64,000 bases of DNA from the NCBI GenBank assembly GCA_030037075.1, contig JASHRX010000023.1:4008-68007 (forward strand), given 5' to 3'. Positions 39,218 to 48,511 of the stretch are shown here, one piece after another. The first letter of the stretch is position 1; each line of letters begins with the position of its first letter. This DNA is from Candidatus Micrarchaeota archaeon (lineage in GTDB: Archaea; Micrarchaeota; Micrarchaeia; Micrarchaeales; Micrarchaeaceae). The position numbers and the translations under genes were made by a program. The notes beneath the pieces are model-generated. The model saw only the letters and a program-made list of their open reading frames with translations, was not told the origin of the DNA and searched no databases.

Positions 39218-41239
39218 TCAGCCGGCCTTTCGCTCAGTCTTCCTGTGGTAGCGCCTTGCCAGCACTTCATATACGATAAGAACAATAATAACCCCGACCA
39301 TCATGAAGATGATATCGGGATTCAAGAACGTCAAGGTGGGATTGCTGCCATCGCTGGCGCTCAGCGATTCAACAAGCGGCCCATACGCCGCATAACCTGT
39401 TACCTTGCCGAATGGGACGTCCTGCAATACCAGTGTGCCCAACTGACCGGTCTTGTATACCGAGGAGGTTCCATTGGCGAACGTTGCATGCACCGTGGCG
39501 TTCACAGGTTTCTTTAGTATGCTCACAGAGGTTATTGTGACCGTGTAGACAGGCAGAGCGATGGTAATGTTTCCGGCCCCTGCTATGCTTACTGTCCTGT
39601 TCAACGGCACCTCTACGCCCTTGTAGTACGTACCTGTTACGTTGTACGGCACTCCTGCGAAAAGCATCACCGATCCATTAATCTTCCTTCCGTTCACTGT
39701 GAAGTACGGCACGCTTATCCTGTTGAACGCAGAGTCCTGCGCCACAAGGGTCACAAGATACTGCCTCTTGAACTGCGCCACTAGCGATACAGGTGATAAT
39801 ACCGCAAAGCTCGTGTTGCTGCTGTTGTACAGTCCGCTCCATGAATAGAAGGCAATCCGCGTGCTGCTACTCGAATTGAAGTAATCCTCGCTCAGCGATA
39901 TGGTGGCCTTGCTTCCGTTGTCGTACCAGCCAGAGCCCGCAGTACTTCCATATTGGCTGCTCAAGCCTACAAAGTACTGGAGCTGCCAGCGCGCAGATAT
40001 GTTCCCAGGAGCGCGCATGACGACACTTGTGTTCCTGTCAGTCGCGCCGTTGCTCCAGCCCTGGAACACCTCCCTTACTCCCTGGGATACATTCAGGTAG
40101 GTCGAATTGAGCGACACATCTGCAGTGGCGTTCGCAGGGTACCAGCCTCCTCCGCTGGCGCTGCCAAACGGAGTGAACGCCGTCAGGTAGTACTCGGTCT
40201 TCCACGTTGCCGCCTCGGTGATATTGCCCTGCATGTTAACGCTGCTGAAGGCGAGTGGCCCCGAATAAGATCCGGGCCCGGATCCCGCCCAGCCGGTAAA
40301 CACCTCGCGCTCCTGCGGCGTTATGTAAACATACTGGGGCGTGCTGATGTTCACCTTGCTGAATGTTGTGTAGTAACCAGAGCCAGTAGAGTTTCCGTAT
40401 TGTGACACTATAGCAAGATGGTATGCGCTCGTCCAGAGGCTTGTGCCGTTCTGCGGCAAAGTTACTCCAGAACCAACCTGGAAGAAGTCGGCCCTGCCCT
40501 CCACCTCCTGCACTCCGTAGACGTTCGGCAGGGTCTTCTCGCTGCCTACCCCATAGCCTACGTAAGAATATCCCGCGGGAATCAGCTTGAATGTCCCATC
40601 GCTCAGGTACGAGAGGTTCTTGAAGAGGACGGGGCTCAAGAACGCGTTGTTATTGTTAGTGTCCGCTATCTCACCGTATGCAGACGGCGAATAAGAGCCG
40701 GAGTCTGTCACGCCCAGGCTTACTGTACCTACCTTCTGGTTGTTGAAGTAGAAGTTCCAGACCGAGCCATTCGCAGCAAACCAGTACCTATTGAAGGTTC
40801 CGTTCTCCCCTACCGCATCGTTCTGGCCTATACCGCCATAGAATCCGGATCCCGTGTAGCCCGACGGAAAGTACTCCCAGAACCATGTCGGTTTTCCTGC
40901 ATAAAGATAAGTGGAGCCATTGCATGAACTTGGAGAACAACTCGCCGGATAATATCCCGAGGCGTTCGGTATCTCATAGCCTACCTGTACGAATGCTCCG
41001 TTGGACAGGGTCTCGCCTACCCAGAACCCGAATGCACCGGCCTGCACGCTCTGCGGCTTTATGGTTTGTATGTAGACGCTCGCGCCGTTGTTGAATGCGG
41101 CGCTCTTGTCCGAGTCTGCCCCTGTCTGGAACCAATATTGACCTACAGAGGTTGCTGCAATCGCTGATACTGCAATCAGCGCAGCCAGCAGCAGGAACAC
41201 TGCCCTAAGCCCTCTCGTGGTCGATACCAAGCTGGTCAA
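39218..41239 (-). CDS. Secreted, C-terminally TM-anchored surface protein: lectin/peptidase-G1-like N-domain plus about four divergent InlB-B-type repeats
   Basis: Signal peptide; FGFWVGETLSNGAFVQVGYE and SAYGEIAD motifs; repeats of the type Y.L...S.YG...G.GWY..G..A.IS...F.GW.G; C-terminal TM plus a basic tail. Confidence 0.7.
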   Translation of the reverse strand: MTSLVSTTRGLRAVFLLLAALIAVSAIAATSVGQYWFQTGADSDKSAAFNNGASVYIQTIKPQSVQAGAFGFWVGETLSNGAFVQVGYEIPNASGYYPASCSPSSCNGSTYLYAGKPTWFWEYFPSGYTGSGFYGGIGQNDAVGENGTFNRYWFAANGSVWNFYFNNQKVGTVSLGVTDSGSYSPSAYGEIADTNNNNAFLSPVLFKNLSYLSDGTFKLIPAGYSYVGYGVGSEKTLPNVYGVQEVEGRADFFQVGSGVTLPQNGTSLWTSAYHLAIVSQYGNSTGSGYYTTFSKVNISTPQYVYITPQEREVFTGWAGSGPGSYSGPLAFSSVNMQGNITEAATWKTEYYLTAFTPFGSASGGGWYPANATADVSLNSTYLNVSQGVREVFQGWSNGATDRNTSVVMRAPGNISARWQLQYFVGLSSQYGSTAGSGWYDNGSKATISLSEDYFNSSSSTRIAFYSWSGLYNSSNTSFAVLSPVSLVAQFKRQYLVTLVAQDSAFNRISVPYFTVNGRKINGSVMLFAGVPYNVTGTYYKGVEVPLNRTVSIAGAGNITIALPVYTVTITSVSILKKPVNATVHATFANGTSSVYKTGQLGTLVLQDVPFGKVTGYAAYGPLVESLSASDGSNPTLTFLNPDIIFMMVGVIIVLIVYEVLARRYHRKTERKAG

Positions 41240-42002
41240 GCCTCTCTATCACGCGCTCGCGTTCCATGGCCTTGAGGCTTTTCCATTCTATGATCGCCTT
41301 CTCGGCCTTGAGGGACGAACGCCCAATCGCCTGTTCTAGCATGTCAAGCTCACTGATATAATACTTTGGCATGATGTGCGAGAACGCATATCCTTTCTCG
41401 AATGCCAGCCTGGTGAACTTTTCTGCGTAGTGCATGCCGCCCACTCCTATCACAGGAGTGAATTCACCCCCGCCTTTAGGCTCGGCAAGCGAGTCCAGCA
41501 CAGAGCGCGCCACCATCGCTGTGTACTCTTCGCTTTCAAGCGCATCTTTGTTTCCTCCTACCTCGACAAAGAATGATGGTGTTTTAAGCAGCGGCCCGTG
41601 GTGCGTCGCCTCGTAGATTACAGGAAGGGAGGTGCTGTTGTTCTCTTTCATTGCCAGCAGAGTCTTCAGCATCTCTGCCGGGGCTGCGAAAGAGAGCTCC
41701 ATCGGCTTGCCACCCATCTTCGCTTCCGTAGACCAGTTCCCTTCAGAGTGTGCAGTGAAAGAGGCAACTTCTTTCGAGCTTTTGTGGCTGCATACGAAGA
41801 CGATAAAATCGGTTTTTGCCACCCTGTCGAGTTTCTCCGATGCAAGTATGTCGCAGTCGAGCTCAAGCGCCTCTATCTTGTTCCACCTGAAGTGCCTCAT
41901 GCCCTCTAACCTCTTCAGCTCCTCAAAGTCCTCAGCCGCCAACATGGCGTGCCCGATCAGCCTGGACGTTGGATTGCTCTCCGAATAAACTACTAGAGGC
42001 AT
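41205..42002 (-). CDS. dtdA: D-aminoacyl-tRNA deacylase, archaeal DTD2 type
   Basis: MPLVVYSESNPTS start and VCSHKSSKEVASFTAHSEGNW motif. The ORF-track ORF extends 51 codons further upstream with a non-protein-like sequence. Confidence 0.65.
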   Translation of the reverse strand: MPLVVYSESNPTSRLIGHAMLAAEDFEELKRLEGMRHFRWNKIEALELDCDILASEKLDRVAKTDFIVFVCSHKSSKEVASFTAHSEGNWSTEAKMGGKPMELSFAAPAEMLKTLLAMKENNSTSLPVIYEATHHGPLLKTPSFFVEVGGNKDALESEEYTAMVARSVLDSLAEPKGGGEFTPVIGVGGMHYAEKFTRLAFEKGYAFSHIMPKYYISELDMLEQAIGRSSLKAEKAIIEWKSLKAMERERVIERLDQLGIDHERA

Positions 42003-42076
42003 GTTCCCTGTCACCCGTTTTGCACAACAAATAAAAAGATGGAAAGCCATCATTAAATTACCTATAGGGTGGGTCG

Positions 42077-42445
42077 GTGCTCTACAACTACATAGCAGTG
42101 GTATTTTTCGTAGTGGTGGCGCTCTTCGTCCCGATTTCTTTCCTAATGGCGGCAAAGATGCTCAGGCACAGGTCTCCCCAAAACCCTGTAAAGAGCGCCC
42201 CATACGAGAGCGCAGAGTCCACTATGGGCAGGAACAGGGACGTGATGAACGAGTACCTGCCGTATTTCATGCTCTTTGTGCCTTTCGAGGTAGCAACGAT
42301 GGTGCTCTTGCTCTGGGCGGCAATCTCGAAGAGCGTGCCATACATCGACAGCCTGCTTGTGGTAGGAATGGCTGTCATGGCGATGCTGTTCTCACTTGCA
42401 GGATACATTATGATACGTGTTAACAATGTACCAAGAAGCTACTGA
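42077..42445 (+). CDS. nuoA: NADH-quinone oxidoreductase subunit A
   Basis: Three TM helices and the PYESAE motif (PYECG-like). Confidence 0.8.
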   Translation: MLYNYIAVVFFVVVALFVPISFLMAAKMLRHRSPQNPVKSAPYESAESTMGRNRDVMNEYLPYFMLFVPFEVATMVLLLWAAISKSVPYIDSLLVVGMAVMAMLFSLAGYIMIRVNNVPRSY

Positions 42446-43070
42446 AGAGGATGCTCCTTACACAAAGGAGCAGTTCATTAATGCAGAGAAGGAGATGACC
42501 GCGCTCACCCTTGCGTCCGCGAAGGCGTACAAGAAGAGCACAGTGCCTGCAATGTTCGGAAGGCTGGATGACCTTACAAAGTACTTTGCAAAGGGCCTTG
42601 TCAAATGGGGGCGGTCGAACTCTTTGTGGCCGCTGCAGTTCGGGCTGGCATGCTGCGCCATGGAGCTAATGGACTTCGGAGCTGCAAGGATCGATGCGGA
42701 GCGCAAGGGATACCTATTGTTCAGGGGCACGCCAAGGCAGTGCGATGTCATGATAGTGGCCGGTTGGGTCACCAAGTCGATAGCGCCTAGGGTTAAGCGC
42801 CTATACGAGCAGATGTCAAAGCCCAGTTACGTTATTGCATACGGCGAGTGCGCCACCTCCGGAGGCCCGTGGTACGAGAGCTACAACATAATCAAGGGAA
42901 TAGACCAGGTCATACCCGTCGACATATACGTCGCGGGGTGCCCACCCAGGCCCGAGAACCTTTTTGGCGCGCTCATGAAGCTACAGGAGAAGATACGTGG
43001 TAAGATTGATCGAAATACAACCAGAAGCCTTAGCGAAAACCTGCGAAGGTTTGAAATCGAAGGGCTTTGA
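42417..43070 (+). CDS. nuoB: NADH-quinone oxidoreductase subunit B
   Basis: SLWPLQFGLACCAMEL, GECATSGGP and GCPPRPE motifs. Confidence 0.9.
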   Translation: MLTMYQEATEEDAPYTKEQFINAEKEMTALTLASAKAYKKSTVPAMFGRLDDLTKYFAKGLVKWGRSNSLWPLQFGLACCAMELMDFGAARIDAERKGYLLFRGTPRQCDVMIVAGWVTKSIAPRVKRLYEQMSKPSYVIAYGECATSGGPWYESYNIIKGIDQVIPVDIYVAGCPPRPENLFGALMKLQEKIRGKIDRNTTRSLSENLRRFEIEGL

Positions 43071-43377
43071 GTACCTGAAGAAGATAACCGCTGTGGATTA
43101 CACTGACCACTTTGAGGTAATCTACCTAGTGTACAGCATCAAGGAGGGCAAGGACGAGATAATAAAGGTAAAGGTGCCCGCCGAGAGCCCGGAGATACAG
43201 ACGGTGGTAAAGAGATATCCTGCTGCTGACTGGTACGAAAGGGAAATGTCAGAGATGTTCGGGATAAAGATAACGGGCCGAAGCGCAAAGAGGCTTCTTC
43301 TGGAGCTGTGGAACGGCAGCGAGTATCCATTGAGGAAGAGTTTCACTTGGGGCAAAGACTACAAGAGGGTTGACTGA
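42997..43377 (+). CDS. nuoC: NADH-quinone oxidoreductase subunit C (short, 126 aa)
   Basis: ITAVDY...FEVIYLVYS...YPAADWYEREMSEMFGI motif; a 74-nt overlap with nuoB. Confidence 0.8.
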   Translation: MVRLIEIQPEALAKTCEGLKSKGFEYLKKITAVDYTDHFEVIYLVYSIKEGKDEIIKVKVPAESPEIQTVVKRYPAADWYEREMSEMFGIKITGRSAKRLLLELWNGSEYPLRKSFTWGKDYKRVD

Positions 43378-44471
43378 TGGCCATAATGAGGATAAACGTG
43401 GGACCGATACACCCTGGCACACACGGGGTGCTCCGCCTAGTTGTCGATGTAGACGGCGACACAATAAAGGATGTCGAACCCCACATAGGGTTCCTCCACA
43501 GGGGCGTGGAGAAGCTGATGGAAACAAGAATGTACATGCAGAATCCATCGTATACGGAGAAGCTGGACTACATAGCTCCGCTAAGCTGGGATGATCTGTA
43601 TGTCAACTCTGTGGAAAAGGCGCTCGGTGTGCCAGTGAAAGAGCCCGCCCAGTACGAACGGGTAATACTCCTAGAGTTCCAGAGGATAGCGAGCCACCTC
43701 CTCTGGCTCGGCACGATGGTCAACGACATAGGGCAGCTCTTCACGATATTCATGTGGTGCTTCAGGGAGCGCGCGAAGGTGCTCAAGCTTCTCGAGGACG
43801 TCTCAGGAAGCAGGATGTTCTATGTTAACTTGAGGCTTGGGGGCTTCAACAAGAACCCTCCCCCGGATTTCGCCGAAAGGTGCCACCAACTTGCAGATTA
43901 CCTTGAGAGCAAGATAACAGGGTACCAGGACGTGCTTGACGCAGACAGCGTCTTCATGGAGAGGACGAGAAAGGTCGGCGTATTGAGCAAGGATGACGCA
44001 ATTGCGCATGGCGTGGCAGGTCCTGTACTCAGAGCATCCGGAGTCCAGGAGGACGCAAGGAGGTCGCACCCCTACTACGTGTACGATAAGATGGACTTCC
44101 GGGTTCCTGTGAAGGCCAACGGCGACGCCTACGACAGGTACAGGGTAAGGTACGAGGAGATGCTCGAGAGCATCAGGATAATAAGGCAGGCGGTGGACGC
44201 GATGCCCGAGGGCGATGCAACAGGCATGCCGATAAGGTTGATAGGCCCGCAGGCAAAGCCAGACACGATAATCATGCAGGAGGAGCTGCCAAGGGGCGAG
44301 GGTATAATCTACATGGTACCGGACAAGCAGAGACCGTACAGAATCGCAATGCGCTCGCCCGCCTTTGCCAACCTAGCGGTCCTTCCAAAGATATCAAAGG
44401 GGCAGAGGTTCGCAGACCTCTTTTCAATAATAGGTAGCCTCGACGTGATAATGGCCGAGATAGACAGATAG
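43377..44471 (+). CDS. nuoD: NADH-quinone oxidoreductase subunit D
   Basis: INVGPIHPGTHGVLRL, HRGVEKL and DVIMAEIDR motifs. Confidence 0.9.
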   Translation: MAIMRINVGPIHPGTHGVLRLVVDVDGDTIKDVEPHIGFLHRGVEKLMETRMYMQNPSYTEKLDYIAPLSWDDLYVNSVEKALGVPVKEPAQYERVILLEFQRIASHLLWLGTMVNDIGQLFTIFMWCFRERAKVLKLLEDVSGSRMFYVNLRLGGFNKNPPPDFAERCHQLADYLESKITGYQDVLDADSVFMERTRKVGVLSKDDAIAHGVAGPVLRASGVQEDARRSHPYYVYDKMDFRVPVKANGDAYDRYRVRYEEMLESIRIIRQAVDAMPEGDATGMPIRLIGPQAKPDTIIMQEELPRGEGIIYMVPDKQRPYRIAMRSPAFANLAVLPKISKGQRFADLFSIIGSLDVIMAEIDR

Positions 44472-44526
44472 CACGGATAAGCATCATAATTATAAAGCGA
44501 AAAGAGAGAACTCTATATGTGATATT

Positions 44527-44877
44527 ATGGCCAAGGAACAGCTCGAGAAGCTCTCTGCCGAATACCAAACTCTGCAGGAGCAGCTTCAGTCGCTCGCGAT
44601 TCAAAAGGCGCAGTTCAACGAGCAGAAGGAGGAGTTCAAGGAGGCGGCGGAGGAGTTGGAAAGATCAAAAGGCAAGGTCTACTCCAGTGTTGGAGGGATA
44701 CTTATAGAGACTACGAAAGAGGAGGCAGGAAAGGACTTAAAGGAACGACAGGGCTCTGTTGATATGCGCCTCTCAATAATCAACAAGCAATACGACGAGG
44801 CTGTAAAGAAGGAGAAGCAGCTAAGGGAGGAGATAGAGAGAATCTTGAAGGGCGAAGGCGCCCCGAAGTCCGCTTAA
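44527..44877 (+). CDS. pfdB: Prefoldin beta subunit
   Basis: Two coiled-coil arms flank a central hairpin (KVYSSVGGILIETTKEE). Confidence 0.8.
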   Translation: MAKEQLEKLSAEYQTLQEQLQSLAIQKAQFNEQKEEFKEAAEELERSKGKVYSSVGGILIETTKEEAGKDLKERQGSVDMRLSIINKQYDEAVKKEKQLREEIERILKGEGAPKSA

Positions 44878-44885
44878 CTGATTTT

Positions 44886-46085
44886 ATGAAGATTGCAATT
44901 GTTTCTGACCTGCACCTAGGGTACGAGCGCTTCGAGGAAGACGCTTTCAGGCAGGCGAGCGAGGCGCTCTTCGAGGCGAGCAAGGTTGCGGACGCAATCC
45001 TCATACCCGGCGACATATTCGACAAGAGATATCCGAGGCCGGAGGTCATATCCCAGGCAATAAACATCTTCAGGGAGCTTTCCAGGAAGGCATGGGGCGC
45101 AGAGATATCCGATTACAAGGGCAAGGACCGGCTGCATACAAAGGCGCCGATAATTGCCATACCAGGGACGCACGAGAGAATTGCAGAAGGGAAGGAGAAC
45201 GCCGTCAAGCTGCTCTCCCTCGCAGGACTGCTTGCAGACACAAGCGAGGCCACCACCATCGTGCAGAAGGGCAACGAACGCATTGCCATCTACGGCCTAG
45301 GAGGGCTATCGGAAGAGATGGTGGGCGACAAGATAAAGGAGCTGTCGCCAGTTCCCACCCAGGGATCATTCAGCATCTTCATGTTCCACCAGTCGCTTTA
45401 TGAAATGCTGCCTTTCAGCGACCGCTTCATAAAGTACTCGGACCTACCGAAAGGGTTCGACCTTTACGTTTGCGGCCACATGCACAGCACCCAAGAAGCC
45501 GCCGTGCACGGAAAGAAGCTGCTCATACCTGGCAGTACCGTGCTCACGCAGCTCAAAGGCGAGGAGCAGGCACGAAAGGGATTCATACTCTTCGATACAC
45601 GGGACTCGTCACACAGGTTCGTGGAGATAAACTCAAGGCCGTATGCGCTCCGCATGCTCGATGTGAACGATGCGAAGCCCGCAGAACTTCTCGACATCTG
45701 CGAAAAGGAGATAGCCGCAGCGATAAAGTCATCAAAAGAGAGCCCGATAATCCGCATCAAGATATCGGGGAGCCTCGCGAAGGGCTTCAACAACGCCGAC
45801 CTTCGCATGCACTCTCTTACCGGCAAGTATGCGGGCAAGGCCTTCCTATCGTTTGACACATCCCAGCTGAAGAGCCCCGAGATGGAGCTCATGGCGGAAG
45901 GCGTTCGTGACGGCAAGATAGACAACCTGCCGGTGAAGGAGCTTGGAATGGTCACGCTGTCGAGGAAACTCAAGGAGCTTGGGGCCGACGGATCTATAGA
46001 TTACAGCGAACTCTTCAACATACTATCTGGCTCATCAAACAAGGAGAAGGCGCTAAAGGCGGCCAACGACCTGCTCTTCAAGTAG
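44886..46085 (+). CDS. mre11: Mre11-type DNA double-strand-break repair nuclease
   Basis: Calcineurin-like phosphoesterase motifs SDLHLG, GDIFD, GTHE and GHMH. Confidence 0.75.
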   Translation: MKIAIVSDLHLGYERFEEDAFRQASEALFEASKVADAILIPGDIFDKRYPRPEVISQAINIFRELSRKAWGAEISDYKGKDRLHTKAPIIAIPGTHERIAEGKENAVKLLSLAGLLADTSEATTIVQKGNERIAIYGLGGLSEEMVGDKIKELSPVPTQGSFSIFMFHQSLYEMLPFSDRFIKYSDLPKGFDLYVCGHMHSTQEAAVHGKKLLIPGSTVLTQLKGEEQARKGFILFDTRDSSHRFVEINSRPYALRMLDVNDAKPAELLDICEKEIAAAIKSSKESPIIRIKISGSLAKGFNNADLRMHSLTGKYAGKAFLSFDTSQLKSPEMELMAEGVRDGKIDNLPVKELGMVTLSRKLKELGADGSIDYSELFNILSGSSNKEKALKAANDLLFK

Positions 46086-46087
46086 GA

Positions 46088-46330
46088 TTAGTGCCCCATT
46101 ATCCCAAGGGTCTTGTTTATCTGCTCCTTGTTCTTCACATCCACAACTTCCTTCAGGAACTCGAGATGCCTCGGGTTGCACCTCCTGTCCTTCTTGCTCC
46201 TCGTGGCCGTTATAATCTTTACAAACCCATCCGGCATTACCGAGGTTATTATCGCACGGCTGCCAGCATCACGCCCGTACTTCTTCACGCACACTCTTCC
46301 AACTTCAATCAACATACGTTCACTCTTCAC
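46088..46330 (-). CDS. rpl14e: 50S ribosomal protein eL14
   Basis: KOW-like IEVGRVCVKKYGRDAGSRAII and the neighbourhood with cmk and eL34. Confidence 0.8.
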   Translation of the reverse strand: MKSERMLIEVGRVCVKKYGRDAGSRAIITSVMPDGFVKIITATRSKKDRRCNPRHLEFLKEVVDVKNKEQINKTLGIMGH

Positions 46331-46899
46331 TTTTGCTCCAACTTCCTGATTCTTCTTATTATCTCGGTGGCCACCTGCGGCGGATTCAGGTTTGTTGTAT
46401 TAATTATTATGTCGAAAGGCTTTTTATCCCTGCCGAAATCTATTCCATAGAGCCTCATGTACAGCTCCTTGTTCCTTGCATCTCGTATCTTCATTGTCTC
46501 CTTGGCCTCCTTCAGGCTCGTGTGGTCCCTCTTCGTCATCCTCTTTACCCTCTCGTCGAGGCTTGCGGACATCCACACCTTTATGCAGTTCTTCGCCAGC
46601 CAAGGCAGCGTGTAGCTCGTCACCACTATGTTGCCGTGCTTTATCTTCTCAAGCATCCTCCTGTCGGTCTCCTTGTCGAACTCCAGGTCGTTCTCCCTCT
46701 CCTTCAGGAAGGCTATGCCCTCCTTGGTGTCCCACCAGCTCATCCCTTTTGGATGGTACCCCCTGTCCTTCGCCATCTCTCTCAGTATGTCGCTGCCGCC
46801 CATCTCCTTTATCTTGAGGCGCTTGCTCAGCAGCTTCGAGACATGCGTCTTTCCTACCGCGGGTAGTCCTGACAATATTATTGCCTTCAAGGTAACCAC
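46327..46899 (-). CDS. cmk: Cytidylate kinase, archaeal type
   Basis: P-loop GLPAVGKTH, the archaeal cmk pattern, and a conserved operon position. Confidence 0.8.
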   Translation of the reverse strand: MVTLKAIILSGLPAVGKTHVSKLLSKRLKIKEMGGSDILREMAKDRGYHPKGMSWWDTKEGIAFLKERENDLEFDKETDRRMLEKIKHGNIVVTSYTLPWLAKNCIKVWMSASLDERVKRMTKRDHTSLKEAKETMKIRDARNKELYMRLYGIDFGRDKKPFDIIINTTNLNPPQVATEIIRRIRKLEQK

Positions 46900-46909
46900 A
46901 AAAACCGCT

Positions 46910-47236
46910 TTAGTGCGCGACTAGCTGCAACACAAAGGCGCGCTGCTTTATCGCTATGTCATTGAGCTTCATGTAGCCGTGCTCAACCCTGCTTCCCAAC
47001 TTTATTATCTCAGCGGAACACCCTGAGCAAAGCACCCCACCAAAGATCCTGCTGTTTGTCCTCCTGGTGCGGCCGCCCTTAAGGCTTATGCCGTTCAGCT
47101 CCGCGCCGCAGAGCGCGCAGTGCGGCATGCCCGCACCTATCCTCCTGTAGTGCACCACATTCCTTCCGGTACTGGTGATCCTGTTGAATCGCTTAAAGCT
47201 TCTAGACCTATGCATTGGTTTGGGCAAAAGAAGCAC
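46910..47236 (-). CDS. rpl34e: 50S ribosomal protein eL34
   Basis: RSRSFKR...CALCGAELNG...CSGC zinc-ribbon pattern. Confidence 0.85.
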   Translation of the reverse strand: MLLLPKPMHRSRSFKRFNRITSTGRNVVHYRRIGAGMPHCALCGAELNGISLKGGRTRRTNSRIFGGVLCSGCSAEIIKLGSRVEHGYMKLNDIAIKQRAFVLQLVAH

Positions 47237-47271
47237 CTTACAAATATTTCTAATCTAAAGGTATAAAGAGG

Positions 47272-47865
47272 TTATTCCTTGATGCCCTCTTGGGCTAGTT
47301 TCGCCAGCGTATCGGCCTTCGCCCTCTTCCTATCGTACAGCAGTATCGACATTGAGGTGACAAGGCCGAGCACGAATACGGTCACGAAGAATAGTCCCTT
47401 GTACATCAGGCTTATGTTGTAGTTGCCTATCACGAACGAGAGCGTGTCGTGCCCCAGCCATCCGTATGCCCATGGTATAAGGACATAGTAGACCACAAGG
47501 AAAGAGGGTATCAGTATGAGCGTCGCCTTCATGTTTAGTGTCATGCTCTCCCTCATGAGCGGCATGAGGTCGCCCTGCTTCTTCTCAATCTCCTCCTTGG
47601 GCGCATTGTTCTTCATCAGCAGGTTCATCTCCTTTGAGAGCACCTTTATCTGGTCCTGCAGCTCCCTGGTGCGCTTTGGGTTTGATAGCTTCCTCTGCAC
47701 CCCCGCCGCAATAAGCGTGTAAGCCACTCCCGTAAGGAAGATGTACAGCACCCAGTTTGTGGGTATTGGCCCGCTCGGCGTTGTAGTGACTATCGAGTTC
47801 ACCGAGTTGGCTGCAACAGTGTTGCTGCCTGCAAAAATAAGGTTTAATATAATGGGAAGAAGCAC
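47272..47865 (-). CDS. DUF106 / EMC3-YidC-like membrane insertase homolog
   Basis: A TM, then a coiled region (RTRELQDQIKVLSKEMNLLMKNN), then more TMs; conserved position between adk and eL34. Confidence 0.7.
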   Translation of the reverse strand: MLLPIILNLIFAGSNTVAANSVNSIVTTTPSGPIPTNWVLYIFLTGVAYTLIAAGVQRKLSNPKRTRELQDQIKVLSKEMNLLMKNNAPKEEIEKKQGDLMPLMRESMTLNMKATLILIPSFLVVYYVLIPWAYGWLGHDTLSFVIGNYNISLMYKGLFFVTVFVLGLVTSMSILLYDRKRAKADTLAKLAQEGIKE

Positions 47866-47868
47866 GGG

Positions 47869-48462
47869 TTACACCTTGAAGAGCTCGCTGGCAGCCCTCT
47901 TGACATGCGCTATGGAGTCCTGCAGCTTGCCCTGCTCGTTTTCGATTATGTAAAGCGGTACGCCGAGGAAAGCCGAAAGGTAGGAGAGTTCCGAAAGGTT
48001 CACTATCCTCTGCGCATCTATCTCGGCCGCGTCTATTTCCCTCCTCGCCCTTGTCTTGTCGGCCAGCCTCCTCTTTATCACAGTGTCGGTGTCCACGTCT
48101 ATGTATATGAAGCCGACAACGTTCGCAAGCAGCTCTACATACTTGTTCGGAAGGCCCGGCATGTACCTCTTGCCCGCCTGGATCGAGGCGTGCGTGTCTA
48201 GGAGTATGTTGCCCTTCATCTTCCCTATCGCCCCGAACGCGTACTTCTGCAGCTCCTCCATGATCTTCGGGTCCTTCTCGAGAAACCTGAGCTCGTCGTG
48301 CGCCTTGACCGGGTCCTTCTCCTTTATGTACCCCTTCTGCTTCGCGTACTCGACAAGCATGTTGCCGAAGTTTATCGTCTTGATTCCATTGTAGTCCTTC
48401 ATCTCAGCAAGTATGCTCGTCTTGCCTGCTCCCGGTGAGCCTGTGACTACTACAATGGGCAT
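47869..48462 (-). CDS. adkA: Adenylate kinase, archaeal type
   Basis: P-loop VVVTGSPGAGKTS and the spc-operon tail position. Confidence 0.8.
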   Translation of the reverse strand: MPIVVVTGSPGAGKTSILAEMKDYNGIKTINFGNMLVEYAKQKGYIKEKDPVKAHDELRFLEKDPKIMEELQKYAFGAIGKMKGNILLDTHASIQAGKRYMPGLPNKYVELLANVVGFIYIDVDTDTVIKRRLADKTRARREIDAAEIDAQRIVNLSELSYLSAFLGVPLYIIENEQGKLQDSIAHVKRAASELFKV

Positions 48463-48511
48463 AAAACCGATTAGGTATGTGACTAAAAGTATAAAAAGAA
48501 AGAGGAGAAGG

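Noticed and set aside
42003-42155. A 51-codon N-terminal extension of the D-aminoacyl-tRNA deacylase ORF (MPPLGKKSGRRAPPLRKIP...).
   Set aside because: The extension is Arg/Pro-rich and unlike the protein family. It overlaps the nuoA promoter and start region. The family-typical N-terminus MPLVVYSESNP begins at the ATG at 42002.
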